Shown here: in pieces, positions 49,515-60,809 of the stretch
Position numbering within the stretch: position 1 is the first letter of the stretch
How the letters are laid out: the number at the start of each line of letters is the position of its first letter
Source of the DNA: Phyllobates terribilis
Taxonomy: Eukaryota
DNA length: 60,809 bases
Direction of reading: 5' to 3'
Assembly (NCBI RefSeq): GCF_046119375.1
Contig: NW_027367200.1
Span: 1-60,809 of the forward strand
Notes under the pieces: generated by a model
The model's database searches: none
The model's input: the letters and a program-made list of their open reading frames with translations, nothing else
Told to the model about the DNA's origin: nothing
Position numbers and translations under genes: made by a program

Positions 49515-50519
49515 TACTCTTCTAAAGTGATCACCAACTCTTCTTAATCTAACAGGAAAAACAGTTTTTCATCCAACGATCAAAGACCAGTGAATTTGGT
49601 TGATAAACTGTATGGAGAGTCTGAATCTGATTTGGAGAGGATATTTTGAAGAGACAATCGCGGAGTGTAGAAACTCATTCAATCAACAATTGCATGTGAC
49701 TGCAGGTAGATGCGGGCATTTAATATTGACAAAATCTGCAAGTCAATATTCAATTTAAAAATGAGCTTACTCTAAATTACAGCAAGTAGATAAAGTTTTG
49801 AATTATGTTCAAGGATCATACGCAAATTCCAAAGGTTTACAAGATCTAACCAGAAAACAAATTCGAAAATCGAAAAAGAAAAGACTGATCTATCTAATTA
49901 ACTTAAGAAGTTCAAAAAGGAACGGCTTATTCCGTGCGAGCATTTAATGTAAAAGAAGTTGTCCTTCTCAAAGCTGAAAGGAACTATCGAGACAACAACG
50001 AAAAAATAACTCGCAAACTTACAAAGCAGCTGAAACTGATGATCTTCATGATTTCGCCATGGAAGAAGCTCGAACTAAATTCAGGAGCTACAGTCACAAA
50101 CAGAGATCCGACATGACTAATTACTAAGATCTAGAGAGGTGTAAGAGATGAATACGAAAAGACGAAGAAGGCGGAAGAAATTAATTGAAGAAAAGGGGCC
50201 AGTTGTGATGTAGTTGCCAGTAGGTACGGGCACCTCCGTAGCTGTGTATTGCGGTTCGGGTTTCAGGGCAAAGACAAAACCCGAAGCGAAAGTGAACCGG
50301 GTCGACCTTCCGTAGCGCGGCAAATACAAATTTTGGATGCCAATTGGACGGTGAGTGGTTTCTGGATCGTCCACGTGGAGGTTGGATATTTGGGCCCCAC
50401 ACCTGTTTTGAGTGTTTACTTTCTGTTTGTCTTACTTATGAGTGTACGAGTTTTGGGTTTTATAGTAATAGAGTCGAGGACTATAGTTTTGCTCCATTCT
50501 CGATCATTTAACTAATATT

Positions 50520-50807
50520 ATTCCCCCCGTCTCTTAATTATTTTTTCATTTGTCATTTCTGTTATTCTAAAATTATCTTTTCACATTCAATTTATAGAAA
50601 TTAATTTTCAACCTCTTTTCCAATTTCCAACACACGTTCACTTTATCCAATACAAATTCTCTGCTCTCAACACTACTTTATATTCATTCAATATCCAATT
50701 AAAACTCCTTCTCTCTATCTCTTTCCTCCACATTTATTATTCTTCACTTTTCTCTTAAATTCGTGATTTTGGTCAAACGGAAAAAAAATTAAGGGACGGA
50801 GAGAGTA
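50520..50807. mobile_element. Stowaway MITE (degenerate)
   Basis: TA-TTCCCCCCGTCTCTTAATT ... AATTAAGGGACGGAGAGAG-TA. Confidence 0.65.
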
Positions 50808-50814
50808 GTATATA

Positions 50815-51073
50815 TTTCCTCCGTTTCCAATTGTTTTTCCTAGTTTTTTTATGACAATATTTATCGGTTAAGGAAATCTTACTAATATCTCTCAATATGT
50901 AAGTAAGAACATAATCGTGAGTGGTCTTGTTTGATTTATTCTTAATAAATTCTTTAAAAATATTAAAATTTTAAAATTTTTGGGTTAATATATTTAGATA
51001 TATATACGATAGAAAATACGCATCGACGAATGTAAAAAAGGAAACAGAAAGTAGAAAAAGGGACAGAAAAAGT
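50815..51073. mobile_element. Stowaway MITE (degenerate)
   Basis: TA-TTTCCTCCGTTTCC ... GGGACAGAAAAAG-TA. Confidence 0.5.
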
Positions 51074-51149
51074 AGTTCACATGATAATATAGGTTAAAGA
51101 AATAAGATATTTGGTAAAAAAAAATGAAAGGAATATTTGGTAAATTATA

Positions 51150-51452
51150 CTCCCTCCGTCCCTATTTAAAGATCCGTTTGGTATTTTCTAGAAAATTTAA
51201 GGAATTGTGAAGAAGAAATTAAATAGGAGAGAGAAAAGTGAAAATTGTAATGATTAGAGGAGAGAGATAGAGAGAAGAAAAAAAAGGGGTAATTTAATGA
51301 AGAGAGATGGTGTGTAAAAGTGTGTTGGGATATGTAAAAGTGTATTGAAATGTAAATTTTGGGTTTAAAAAAATTCTAAAAATGACAAATAGGACTTATA
51401 TTATAGGACGTCGGATTAGGAAAGTGAGATCTTTATAAAGGGATTCAGGGAA
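51150..51452. mobile_element. Stowaway MITE
   Basis: Canonical TA-CTCCCTCCGTCCCTATTTAAAGATCC left end; degenerate right end GATCTTTATAAAGGGATTCAGGGAA-TA. Confidence 0.7.
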
Positions 51453-51597
51453 TAGTTATAAGGAGTTAGTTGAGTCGTAGTATTATTTATTGTCCGAGTT
51501 TGTTGAGTAATCAGTAATGTATTGAATATTCTTTGGGAATTGTACTTGTCCAAATACGTTGAAAGATTTAATGGGGTAAGAAATATTTATGGATTTA

Positions 51598-51801
51598 GGG
51601 TCTGTTTACCTAATGCACGTTTTTAATTATAATGAGATTTTTTAAAATAAATGTTTTTTAAATCTTGATTTCGTGTTAAAAAGTAGAAGAAAGTTATTGA
51701 AATTAAAATGACATATAATGTATTTTAGCCAACCGGTATTTTTCTAAAAAATTCACTATAATTAAAAATATCATTATAACGTACTTAAACGAACAAAGCC
51801 C
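51598..51801. mobile_element. Tourist-like MITE (degenerate)
   Basis: TTA-GGGTCTGTTT ... AAACGAACAAAGCCC-TTC. Confidence 0.45.
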
Positions 51802-52022
51802 TTCATAAAATAGATTTATTCTCCCAATTCCTTTTTCTGGTTTTGCAGTCATAAAAGTAATTTAGAGCAATGAACAATATATTATCCTTTTCACTATCAA
51901 TTAAATTTATGTATATAGGAAGAAAAAAATACAAAACTGGAGGTTCTTTCATCCACGTCAAAAAAATAACAAGTCGTAGGCCCTTTTATACATATCAAAA
52001 AATACAAGTCGGTTACACTCAA

Positions 52023-52608
52023 CACATAAACTTGTATTTGATTTTATATGCATTGTAAGCTGAACTTGAATGCATTTTAAAAAAAAATAAGAATGCATTT
52101 TCAACACATTTGAATGCAATTTGAATGCACTTTTGATACATAAGCATGCACCTTTAACACATGCACTTCCAACGCGTAAGCATGCATTTTCATCACATAA
52201 ACATGCACTTTTAATGATCAACCGCTAGAGCACCTCACCGACTGTTGAACCACCGTCGCCGCCCAATGGGACCACTGCCGAATTGTCGCAACCGTCACTA
52301 AACCGCCACCTAACTAATGTACCAATGTATCCAGAGAGTAATGCTTACATGTTGAAAGTACATTCATTAAAGTGCATGCTTACGTATTGAAAGTATATGC
52401 TAATGTGTTAAAAGTGTATGATTGCTTGTGTGTTGAAAGTTCTTGTATTATATATAAAGAGTGCATGTTTACGTGTTGAAAGTGCATGTGTTAAAGGTGC
52501 ATGCTTATGTATCAAAAGTACATGCATATGTGTTGAAAATGCAGCTTTTTGTTTAAAGCATTCAATTTCAACTTACAATGCGTATAAAATCAAATGCAAG
52601 TTTATGTG
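52023..52608. repeat. Long inverted repeat (foldback / Mutator-like MITE) with TGCATG-rich subrepeats
   Basis: 52023-52215 is the reverse complement of ~52360-52608 (e.g. CACATAAACTTGTATTTGATTTTATATGCATTGTAAG vs CTTACAATGCGTATAAAATCAAATGCAAGTTTATGTG), around a GC-rich spacer. Outer termini and TSD are not resolved. Confidence 0.75.
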
Positions 52609-53001
52609 GTGAATGTGCATTATGTGCGTGGGTATGTAGTAAAAGTGCATGCGAACTATACAGACATAAAAGGGCATCTTGCTTACATTCTTTTCGACAT
52701 GCATAAAAGGGGCCCATCGACATGCACAAAACGGCTCCCAACTTGTATGTTTTTTCAACATGCATAAAAGGTCATTTGACTTACATGTTTTGGAGCTAAT
52801 CTAACAGTCTAAGATTTTGTCTCATTTTACACCATAAGCACGCTTGTACCAAAACTACATCCAAATTATAAAAGCTTTGTAGTTGAATCTTGTTATCTAA
52901 ATAATGAATGAAATGTGATGTTGGGACAAATTTAATAAATACTCATTTTTTCATTCTTTTGGAGATTAATTCATATACACAATTTAATATTTTATTTGTG
53001 A

Positions 53002-54516
53002 CTAGTTGATCACCTGTGCCAGGCACGGGGTTTGATTAATCAATTGATAAAAATAATATTAAATATAATTTGTATCAAATTATGTTGAAATTATATTATC
53101 AATTATATTTTTGTATTAATAGCCATTCATGAAAATAAATAAATAAATAGTTGAATGATATGTATCTGATTTGTAATTTGTGTAATGATAAATATTAATT
53201 TATAGCTAGGTATATGTTTCAAATTTGTTATTTAATTGATAAAAAACTATATATGTGGATTCTAAAGTTAGATCTTAAATTACAATATCAACATATCTTG
53301 CAAATTAAAAATTTAAAAATTAAAAATAAACATCAAAGATGTATATCCCTAAACATGAAAAAAAATCAATCTTAAAAATATGTGATCTTAAAAATAATGA
53401 AATAAGTATAAAATCTATCTTAAAATAGAAATGAAAATTATAAGTAACAATAATTTATGTAAAAATACTCATTATTCAATTTAATATAACATAAAAAATA
53501 AATTGTGAAATACATATTGCATTGTTTTATCTTTATAGAAAAAGATGTTGATATAATTACTTTATTTAGTATTTTTTTTGTACAAAATACATCACTCAAT
53601 TTTGAATAACATAAAAATAAATCATAAGATACATATTGCATTGTTTTATCTTTAGTGATATATTTGTATGTAATATAGTACTAATTTGGGGAATAAAAAA
53701 ATCTAAGTTTAGAAAAGAGATTGATTAATGTTTTAATTATTAAGTAAGTTTAGACGAATAATCCAAATATAATGATTAATTAAAATTAAATTATAAATAC
53801 CTTATTAAGTTGTTCCTACAAATATGAGAATTAATTAAAAATAGTAATTTATAAAAATAGAATAATAGAACCAATAGGAAGAATATAGTTAACAGTAGAT
53901 ACAATTAGAAAATTACACTTAAGAAAACGTTGGCTAGAATAAAGGAGAGAGCTTCAAATAAGGTAGTTCTAATATAGAAATGATATAAATTATTGCATGT
54001 TTGATTCTTAGAGAAGAAATATAGTTCATATAATAAATATTATATGTTAAAATATATGTTTATATATGTTTAAAATGTTGTTATATATTTGAAAAATGAA
54101 AAATAATCTAAATTTATAAAAGGACTTTTACACATTTTAATAATTAATTTATTTTGAGAAGAATCATTTATATTTAATAAATTAAATAGATTAAAATAAA
54201 ACTATCATAGCAATTTGTTCCTACAAATGTGGTAGTTTATTTAAAAATTAAATGAGAGAAAATTTTAGGACCAATAAAAAAGGAGAATTAGCTAAAATTA
54301 AGGAGATATAGATTTAATATTCATAATAATATATATAAATTAATAACTTTAATAATGTGGCTAGTAAAAATTAATAGTTTTTAATGATATGTAAGATGAG
54401 GTGGCTTTTTCAAAATATCGAATTTTAAGTGAAATTAATGTGGGAACGACATGTCAGCTGTTTTAATCTCAAGCCGACACATAAGCAGGATAACTCTCCT
54501 TTAATATTTAGATAGA
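53002..54516 (-). mobile_element. Complete non-autonomous Helitron (1.5 kb)
   Basis: Minus strand: A|TCTATCTAAATATTAAAGGAGAG at the 5' end; GC-rich hairpin CCCGTGCCTGGCACAGG, 7 nt, then CTAG|T at the 3' end; no TSD; inserted at an AT dinucleotide. Confidence 0.85.
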
Positions 54517-55577
54517 TTTGAATAATAAGATTTGTGTATGAATATTCGGTTTAGTTTCAGTAAAAACTCCCTCTATATTATCACATAATTACCCATGTTA
54601 TTTTTTTTATTACAGCATAGGGAGTATATTGATTCTCCAATGTCAACTGAAATGCTTGAAGGAAATTTGAATACGAGTTTACAGAAGATATATACAAACC
54701 TACTCGAAGGAAATTTCTAATGTGAATATGCTGTACCTTGTACCTAACTTTATTTTATTTATGAACATATTTATATTAACCTCGACGACATGGTCCTGAT
54801 AACAAATAAAATCATCATCATGTATTGTATACAGTACACGGTCGTTGGTTGTTGCACACCAAATGCATGGCTTTGAAATATTCTCATAATAGAATACATT
54901 AATATTAGTACAAATTTGATAATGTTATTGTCATGGTTTATATTTTGTGAAACATGCACGCCTCATACATACATTAATTAACGCACAGATACAAATTGAC
55001 GTTGCATTATGCATGTGAGCATGGCATCGTTCAACTACCTGTCACCTAATAATTACACAACCATATATATTATATGAGGTAAATCAAAAGAAGATAAGGT
55101 GTTTATTTATGATTAAAGGGTTGCAGTGGTAACACCACAAGCCCACAAGAAGGAAGCTTAAATTTGGTATTATCTATCCAAAAGATGTAATACAGAAACA
55201 ACATAGTAATATTCTAATTTCTGATTATTCATCCCTAAAATTCAGTTAAGGTTGAGAGCAATTTACAACATCAGTTGAGAGCAACAACAAAAGCTGAGCT
55301 TACATTTGGAATGTGAGGCAAATCTCAGCAACAGCTTGTGCATTCCGTGAATCAGTAATCTGGGTTTTGTCAATTGTTGGGAGCCATTGAAGCTAAGCTC
55401 TGAAAGTGGTTCATTCAAGAATGCAATTCAAACTGCAACGACTCTTATTTGTTTGAATGCTTCTTATGGTCTCCTTCGCCCTACACAGAATGGGAATTTA
55501 AACGGGTCAGCCATCAATAATATGCCGGAGTTTTAGTCCGAATATGGTTTCTTTTCTTTTAACTCTATTTTTGTCAA

Positions 55578-56208
55578 GGCCCCGTTTGGTATCCATGTCT
55601 TAAGATATAAGATATCGGGTATGGGTATGAGATTGAGATCTTATATCTGCGTTTCGTATGATATAGATCTCGGTTGATATTTTTGACAGCAACAATAGTA
55701 TTCATCAACAAGAAGAAAAAAGTTTGGTTTGAAAGCAATATATAAAATGGATAAGAGTTAGGGCATGTTTGGTATTGATATCTAGATATCAGGTATGGGT
55801 ATGAGATATCAATCATACCCATACTTGTGTTTGGTATAATCAGTATATCAATATCAAACTGATAATGTTGTTTGGTATGTGGATAAGTATATCAGGTATG
55901 GGTATCAAAATGATATTAGAGTGTGTTTTTGATATCTCTCCAAAAATAAGTATATCACTCATGTCCATACCCATATCTTGATACCCATACCTTATATCTA
56001 GATATTAATACCAAACGAGCCCTTAGAAGGGGATATGAGTGGTATTCTAATAAAAATGAGTATATGGAGTATGTACAAAATGAGTATATATCAGGATATC
56101 AAGTATATCAACTTGATATCCATATATTGATATACCAAACACCAGGTATGGGTATGAGCCATTTCCATACCCATGCCTGATATCAGGATATGATTACCAA
56201 ACAAGCCC
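55578..56208. mobile_element. Tourist MITE containing a nested related Tourist MITE (55761-56022)
   Basis: Outer: CAA-GGCCCCGTTTGGTA...TACCAAACAAGCCC-TAA. Inner: TTA-GGGCATGTTTGGTATTGATATCTAGATATCAGGTATGGGTAT ... ATACCCATACCTTATATCTAGATATTAATACCAAACGAGCCC-TTA. Confidence 0.8.
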
Positions 56209-57448
56209 TAATTTTCGTCTGTAGCAAAAATATCAACATATTAGACAGCTATTCAAATGAGACCCCCCAGGCCCCAACTCCACCCATGTGCAAACAAGTG
56301 AAGGCCAATACTAGAAAAAAAACACCAAAAGGGGATTTCTATTCTTCACAAGACACAACCCATAATGGGCAAAGCCTATAAATGATAGAACTATAGAAGT
56401 ACAAGATGGTGGAAGCCTTATATGTTCTAGTTTATTGTTATAGAAACAGACTGTGTGAACAATAAAAATGTAGCACAAAATTAAATGGAATAAAAAAGAC
56501 ACATGCCAGGAATGGGTTATGTTTCAATAAGTAAAGAGAGACAGGAGAAACTCAACATTTGTGGTCCAGTAATTCAATACACATTTGCAGCTAAACAACT
56601 TGAGGCCTGGACAGAACTGAATATTCGTGGTTCAGTATTCTACTGCACCCAGGATTTACATGATTATAATCTTTCAAATGAAGAAAATGTTTTTCCTAAA
56701 AGCATATCTCATAAAGAAGTATATCCGTAAATGATGAGCGAGGAAGGATGAATCAAGGATTATAATTTAGGTGAAATTGACAAATTTCATGTTCAGGGTA
56801 AGCCAATTCAAAAAAATATAAGTCAGAAGTAGGTCAAAACAAAATCCAGCACAGAAAATCTATTTTCAAGTTGAAGCATCATTATGCACAACAGATCTAC
56901 TTCTACAGCTTCTATTGTCTGAAAACAATTATGCTGGGAAATATTTGCTGGCTAGTTTGGTACTTCGATACTAATAAGGTATTATAGTTGTATATTTGCA
57001 GCAGAAAAAGAAATTGGTATTCACTCAAGAAGAGATACTATCTAAGTTGAGAGTATCATCTCTAATAAAATATGACATGATTAACAGGTTTAAAGCTACA
57101 CCAATTCACTAACCGAGATGCACCAATCAGATGTGATTAACATAAAACTGTAAGATCACCACTATCTTCAAAACTTTTCAAGCACATCAGAAATACCTTA
57201 TTCCTCAAAAAGCCTTATGTCATACAGCCATTACTGTCACATACCAAAGCACTCAGATATCAATGAATATACAAAACATGTAGTTTCGTCTCATTTCACA
57301 GACTATCCACTTTAAGGAATCTCAGAACCAAAAATCAGCTCAAAATATAATCAATTAGCTAAGCAACAACAACAACAAGACAAGCAACTAACAAATAGCA
57401 TAAATGATTACGTGTGGTAGTTTGACATTATTTAGAAGCATACCTTCC

Positions 57449-58807
57449 CTACTCAGACAGACTGGCACAAGTGAACCCATCATGAACAAGCTGGTTGATT
57501 GCATCCCTGAGCTTTTCATAGTCAGCATCCTTATTGTAAACTTGATGCGAAATCCGAGCATACCCTGTTAGACAATCAGCTTCTCCTTCCTTGGGTGGAC
57601 GATAATAAATGGGAACCTCTATGTCAAATTTATCCCGGAGATGATCCCTCAAGTTCAAGGTATCCTGCTCATTCTCAATTCTGAAACAAGCAGGCAATCC
57701 AATCATGATCATACTAGCACACATATCAGGAGAGCATCCAAGATGTGTTTTCCATGCCTCTGCCAACATGTTTCCCTTCTCAATCACTTTCTCATGGTTT
57801 CTCTTCACTATCCCTTTAATCCCGCCCTCAAATCTATTAACAAACTCCAAGGCATCAGGAACAACCAGCTGTGAGCTATAATCCCTAGTCCCAATCCATG
57901 CACTCTCTACTGGTAAACCGTTGCCGTACTCATGAGAGACCACCGGATGATGCACGTCATCTAACTTATGGCCATCACGAACATACAAAAACGCAACAGA
58001 AGGTGGACAGAAGAACCACTTATGCAGATTACTAGCGTAGAAATCAGCCCCAATTTCTTTCATATCAACCCTAGTGCATCCAATTGCATGCGCTCCGTCA
58101 ATAAAAACCTGATCGACCCCCTCCTCTCTACAAATCCTCACCAATTCCTTCACAGGAAGAACCACACTAGGCATCGAAGTGATATGATCAATGACAGCCA
58201 ACCTGACCCTACGATTCTCCAATTTCGCCTTATTCAACGAATTTCGAAACTCAGCAATTATCTCATCATCAGAGAAGACAGGAAAGGGGAGCGGTACCTC
58301 AATCACATGACCTCCGGCGCGGGAAACGTACGCCTGAACAGATTTCTTAACAGCACCGTAAGCGTAATGGAGCATGACGGCAGCGTCGCCGCGCTGGAAC
58401 CTATTCTCATGGAAGGATCTAGAGACGTGCTGGAGAACGATTGCAGTAGCAGTAGTGGCGTTATCAACGAGTGAGATCTCGTGGAGATGAGCAGCGTTGA
58501 TGAGAGGGAGAAGGAGGCGGCGGGAGCGGTCGATAGCGGGACGGAGGAGGCGGAAGTAGAAGAGATCGGGCTGGCGGAGGAAGCGGAGCTGCCAGGTATG
58601 TTGAGCAGAGAGGACGGTGGCGGGACAGCAGCCGAAGCTGCCGTTGTTAACGCGAGCGACGATGGGGTCGTGGTGAGAGAACTCCTGGACGATCTCGGCG
58701 TCGGTGATTGGAGTTGAGAGCTTAGGCTTCTTGGAGACAGGGAGGTCGTGGTTGCCGTTGTGGTTGTTGGTGGTGCCGTTCTCGGAGGAGTGGTCGTCGG
58801 AAGCCAT
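57449..58807 (-). CDS. LCD: L-cysteine desulfhydrase (PLP-dependent, aminotransferase class V), intronless CDS, 452 aa
   Basis: Continuous ORF with ARVNNGSFGCCP, SLVDNATTA, LAVIDHITSMP, DGAHAIG, PLP-lysine motif SNLHKWFFCP and WIGTRDYS. The first ATG is at 58807 (the ORF track starts at an upstream TTG). Confidence 0.95.
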   Translation of the reverse strand: MASDDHSSENGTTNNHNGNHDLPVSKKPKLSTPITDAEIVQEFSHHDPIVARVNNGSFGCCPATVLSAQHTWQLRFLRQPDLFYFRLLRPAIDRSRRLLLPLINAAHLHEISLVDNATTATAIVLQHVSRSFHENRFQRGDAAVMLHYAYGAVKKSVQAYVSRAGGHVIEVPLPFPVFSDDEIIAEFRNSLNKAKLENRRVRLAVIDHITSMPSVVLPVKELVRICREEGVDQVFIDGAHAIGCTRVDMKEIGADFYASNLHKWFFCPPSVAFLYVRDGHKLDDVHHPVVSHEYGNGLPVESAWIGTRDYSSQLVVPDALEFVNRFEGGIKGIVKRNHEKVIEKGNMLAEAWKTHLGCSPDMCASMIMIGLPACFRIENEQDTLNLRDHLRDKFDIEVPIYYRPPKEGEADCLTGYARISHQVYNKDADYEKLRDAINQLVHDGFTCASLSE

Positions 58808-59292
58808 GGCGGTTAGGGCGGCGGAGGGAGTGAGAGAAGAGAGTGAAAATGAGAGGAAGAAAGCCAAAAGGGGAAAAAAGTGACAACCCCTGGAATTAAA
58901 AGGGGGAGAGATTTTGAGTGCGCCACATCAGGACACGGATAAAGGAGTCACCAATTATCTCCTACAGAAGAACTTTTTTTCAATATATAATCACTTTTAT
59001 AAACTTGTTTCCCAACCTAATCGCCCCTTTAAATTATTTCCCAATCTACTAATTCCAATTTTTGGTCTTTTCCAATATTTTTACTAAATTACAACTTAGT
59101 TTAATAGTTTTTCAACTTGTAGAATATTATCTGATCTAGAATTAGCTTATAATTCATTAATGATTTTTAGCAGTACTTGCTAGTTACTATCATACTCATA
59201 ATTTTATATTAAATATATGTGTTGGTGATTTTAGTGTCATCAACTTTATTTTGGTAGAAATGTGATTTACAATTGAGACCGATGAAATTACA

Positions 59293-59764
59293 TGTTAGGC
59301 TCGGATGCGAGTTAGGGAAGTGTGGACTGTGGAGTGCACACTCGTTGAGCTAATTTGTTTTCGACAACGAATAAGAAGCATCTTTCAAGGGGATTGTGCC
59401 CCCTTGCGTGGTCAAGGGCAGAGCCCCTTGCTAGGGTCATGTTCTGACATGTCGGTTAATGAACGGTTATGTCTGTTCGGTTGTAATCGCTGTAACCGCT
59501 TGTAACCTCGTAACTGCTTCTGAACCGAATTCTATATAAATACATAGGAATTTGGTCTTATTAAAAGACACAAAAATCTATATATGATTTCTCTCTGTTC
59601 CCGATTTGTTCTCTTGTGTCTGGAAATAAATTGTTCTTCTTGAATTATCCCGATAAGGATTTTGTGATACCCATACACAAATAGGGTCGAAATACTTTAT
59701 ACGAAAACTGAACTTACACGATTCAAGCAAGATATCCAAGATTATCATACCCGAATTTCTAACA
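59293..59764 (+). mobile_element. Solo-LTR-like sequence (472 bp)
   Basis: Termini TGTTAG...CTAACA are 6-bp inverted; internal TATA CTATATAAATA. No matching 5-bp TSD (TTACA / ACATG) and no PBS follows. Confidence 0.6.
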
Positions 59765-60809
59765 ACATGGACATAGAATCTTTGGACTTCTGGTGTTCTC
59801 GAGCTTCCTGATTTCTAGGGGTGGCTAATCCTCAACCAAGACTTAGACCAAGTTCAGCTCAAATCTATTTTGTTTCCTACCTCAGATCATAGTCTTTAGT
59901 TCCAAATGCGATGTTTGAGTGGATGGAGGTTTTATGATCATAAAACATGATATTTGTGATATAGTTTTCGATTAAGTAGCTTTCACTTAAAACAAACTTT
60001 TAATGGATTTAAAGAGGATTAGAAACACATAGACACACTGAATACATAAAAAGATTTAACACTCAGACATCTAAAGAAAAACTTATAAGTTTTAAACTTA
60101 AGAGTGATGGATTCTCCACATCACTTATAGAGTTTAGAACTCTCCATTTTTTTCCTAAGTTGCTCTCAACTTTCATCTTCTCTTTCTCTCTTATTTTCTT
60201 TGATGCCCTCTAGTGTATGTAAGGGGCCTATTTACAGAGCTTGTGAAGCATTTGATGCCTTTCAACAGTTCTGTTAAAGAAAAGTAAAAACATTCTGACA
60301 AAAATAAAAGTTAAAACACTATGAAAAGTAGTTCTAACAAATGCAGAGATTCTTCACATGGCATGTCAGTCTTGAGGTTAGTGAAAGATTCATTCTAATC
60401 CATGTTGATGTTGTGCAATCCCTCATCTCCAATGTTCATTTCTTATTCTTCACAATCTGCAAGCTCTTCTCTTATTTCTTCCATATGTTTTTTTGAATAA
60501 ACTTCATCCCAAGATATTAGAGTGTCCCATAAGAAATCTTGTCCATTAGTATCTGTTATTGACTCTGATAGACTCGATGAGTTCTTTGAAATAAGGACTC
60601 AAGGCGTTTGAGAGGATGACATTAGTATTCCCTACTTTCACTATGAAACATTCACTTTCATTGTACTGGTAAATATATTCATAGATGTAGAGCAATCTCA
60701 TGGCTCTAGCTTCGGTTGGATTTTTTAGATGTGGTTGCCGCCTTAAAATTGGATCTTTAGCAGATGGATTTGTTACTTGGAGAAACCTGAAAAGATAGTG
60801 TGGTGACCT

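Noticed and set aside
51870-54959. Short ORFs (60-87 aa) in the foldback and Helitron region
   Set aside because: They arise from repeat periodicity or AT-rich DNA and have no domain signal.
57641-58717. Plus-strand ORFs overlapping LCD
   Set aside because: They are antisense shadows of a GC-rich coding region with no independent support.
16010-58807. PDR + kinase + NEAP + LCD as a functional (defence or sulfur) gene cluster
   Set aside because: No shared pathway can be shown from sequence; a shared strand and proximity are compatible with ordinary synteny.
58808-58867. N-terminal extension of LCD (MAFFLSFSLSS…) as a transit peptide
   Set aside because: It starts at TTG in a CT-rich 5' UTR; the ATG at 58807 gives the expected length.
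1-60809. tRNA, rRNA or other structured RNA genes
   Set aside because: None recognised by eye; tRNAscan-SE and Infernal/Rfam would be needed to exclude them.

Overview
Eudicot plant nuclear DNA: four protein-coding genes, all on the minus strand, among many transposable elements. Genes: (i) a full-length, in-frame 22-exon PDR/ABCG transporter (16010-25206, about 1431 aa by my exon assembly), plus the first three exons of a tandem paralogue at the left edge (527-1210); (ii) a 7-exon At5g18500/At2g42960-type receptor-like kinase (26500-29622); (iii) a 5-exon nuclear-envelope-associated protein (NEAP, 46232-49514) with an apparent 1-bp frameshift in exon 2; (iv) an L-cysteine desulfhydrase with an intronless CDS (57449-58807). 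Transposons: a decayed Tat-type Ty3/gypsy element apparently nested in the start of a Ty1/copia gag, both lacking 5' LTRs (4371-~15890); a complete 11.5-kb Tat/Retand element with two LTRs and a TTGAT target-site duplication (TSD) (31981-43498) carrying a three-intron antisense accessory gene with its own ABRE/TATA promoter; two LINE RNase-H fragments; a composite hAT element with an internal extra terminal inverted repeat (TIR); one complete and one partial Helitron; many Tourist and Stowaway MITEs; a foldback element; and a solo-LTR-like sequence. The best candidates for follow-up are the spliced antisense gene in the Retand element, the hybrid-ended hAT element and the NEAP frameshift. All coordinates and counts were read by eye and no database search was run.
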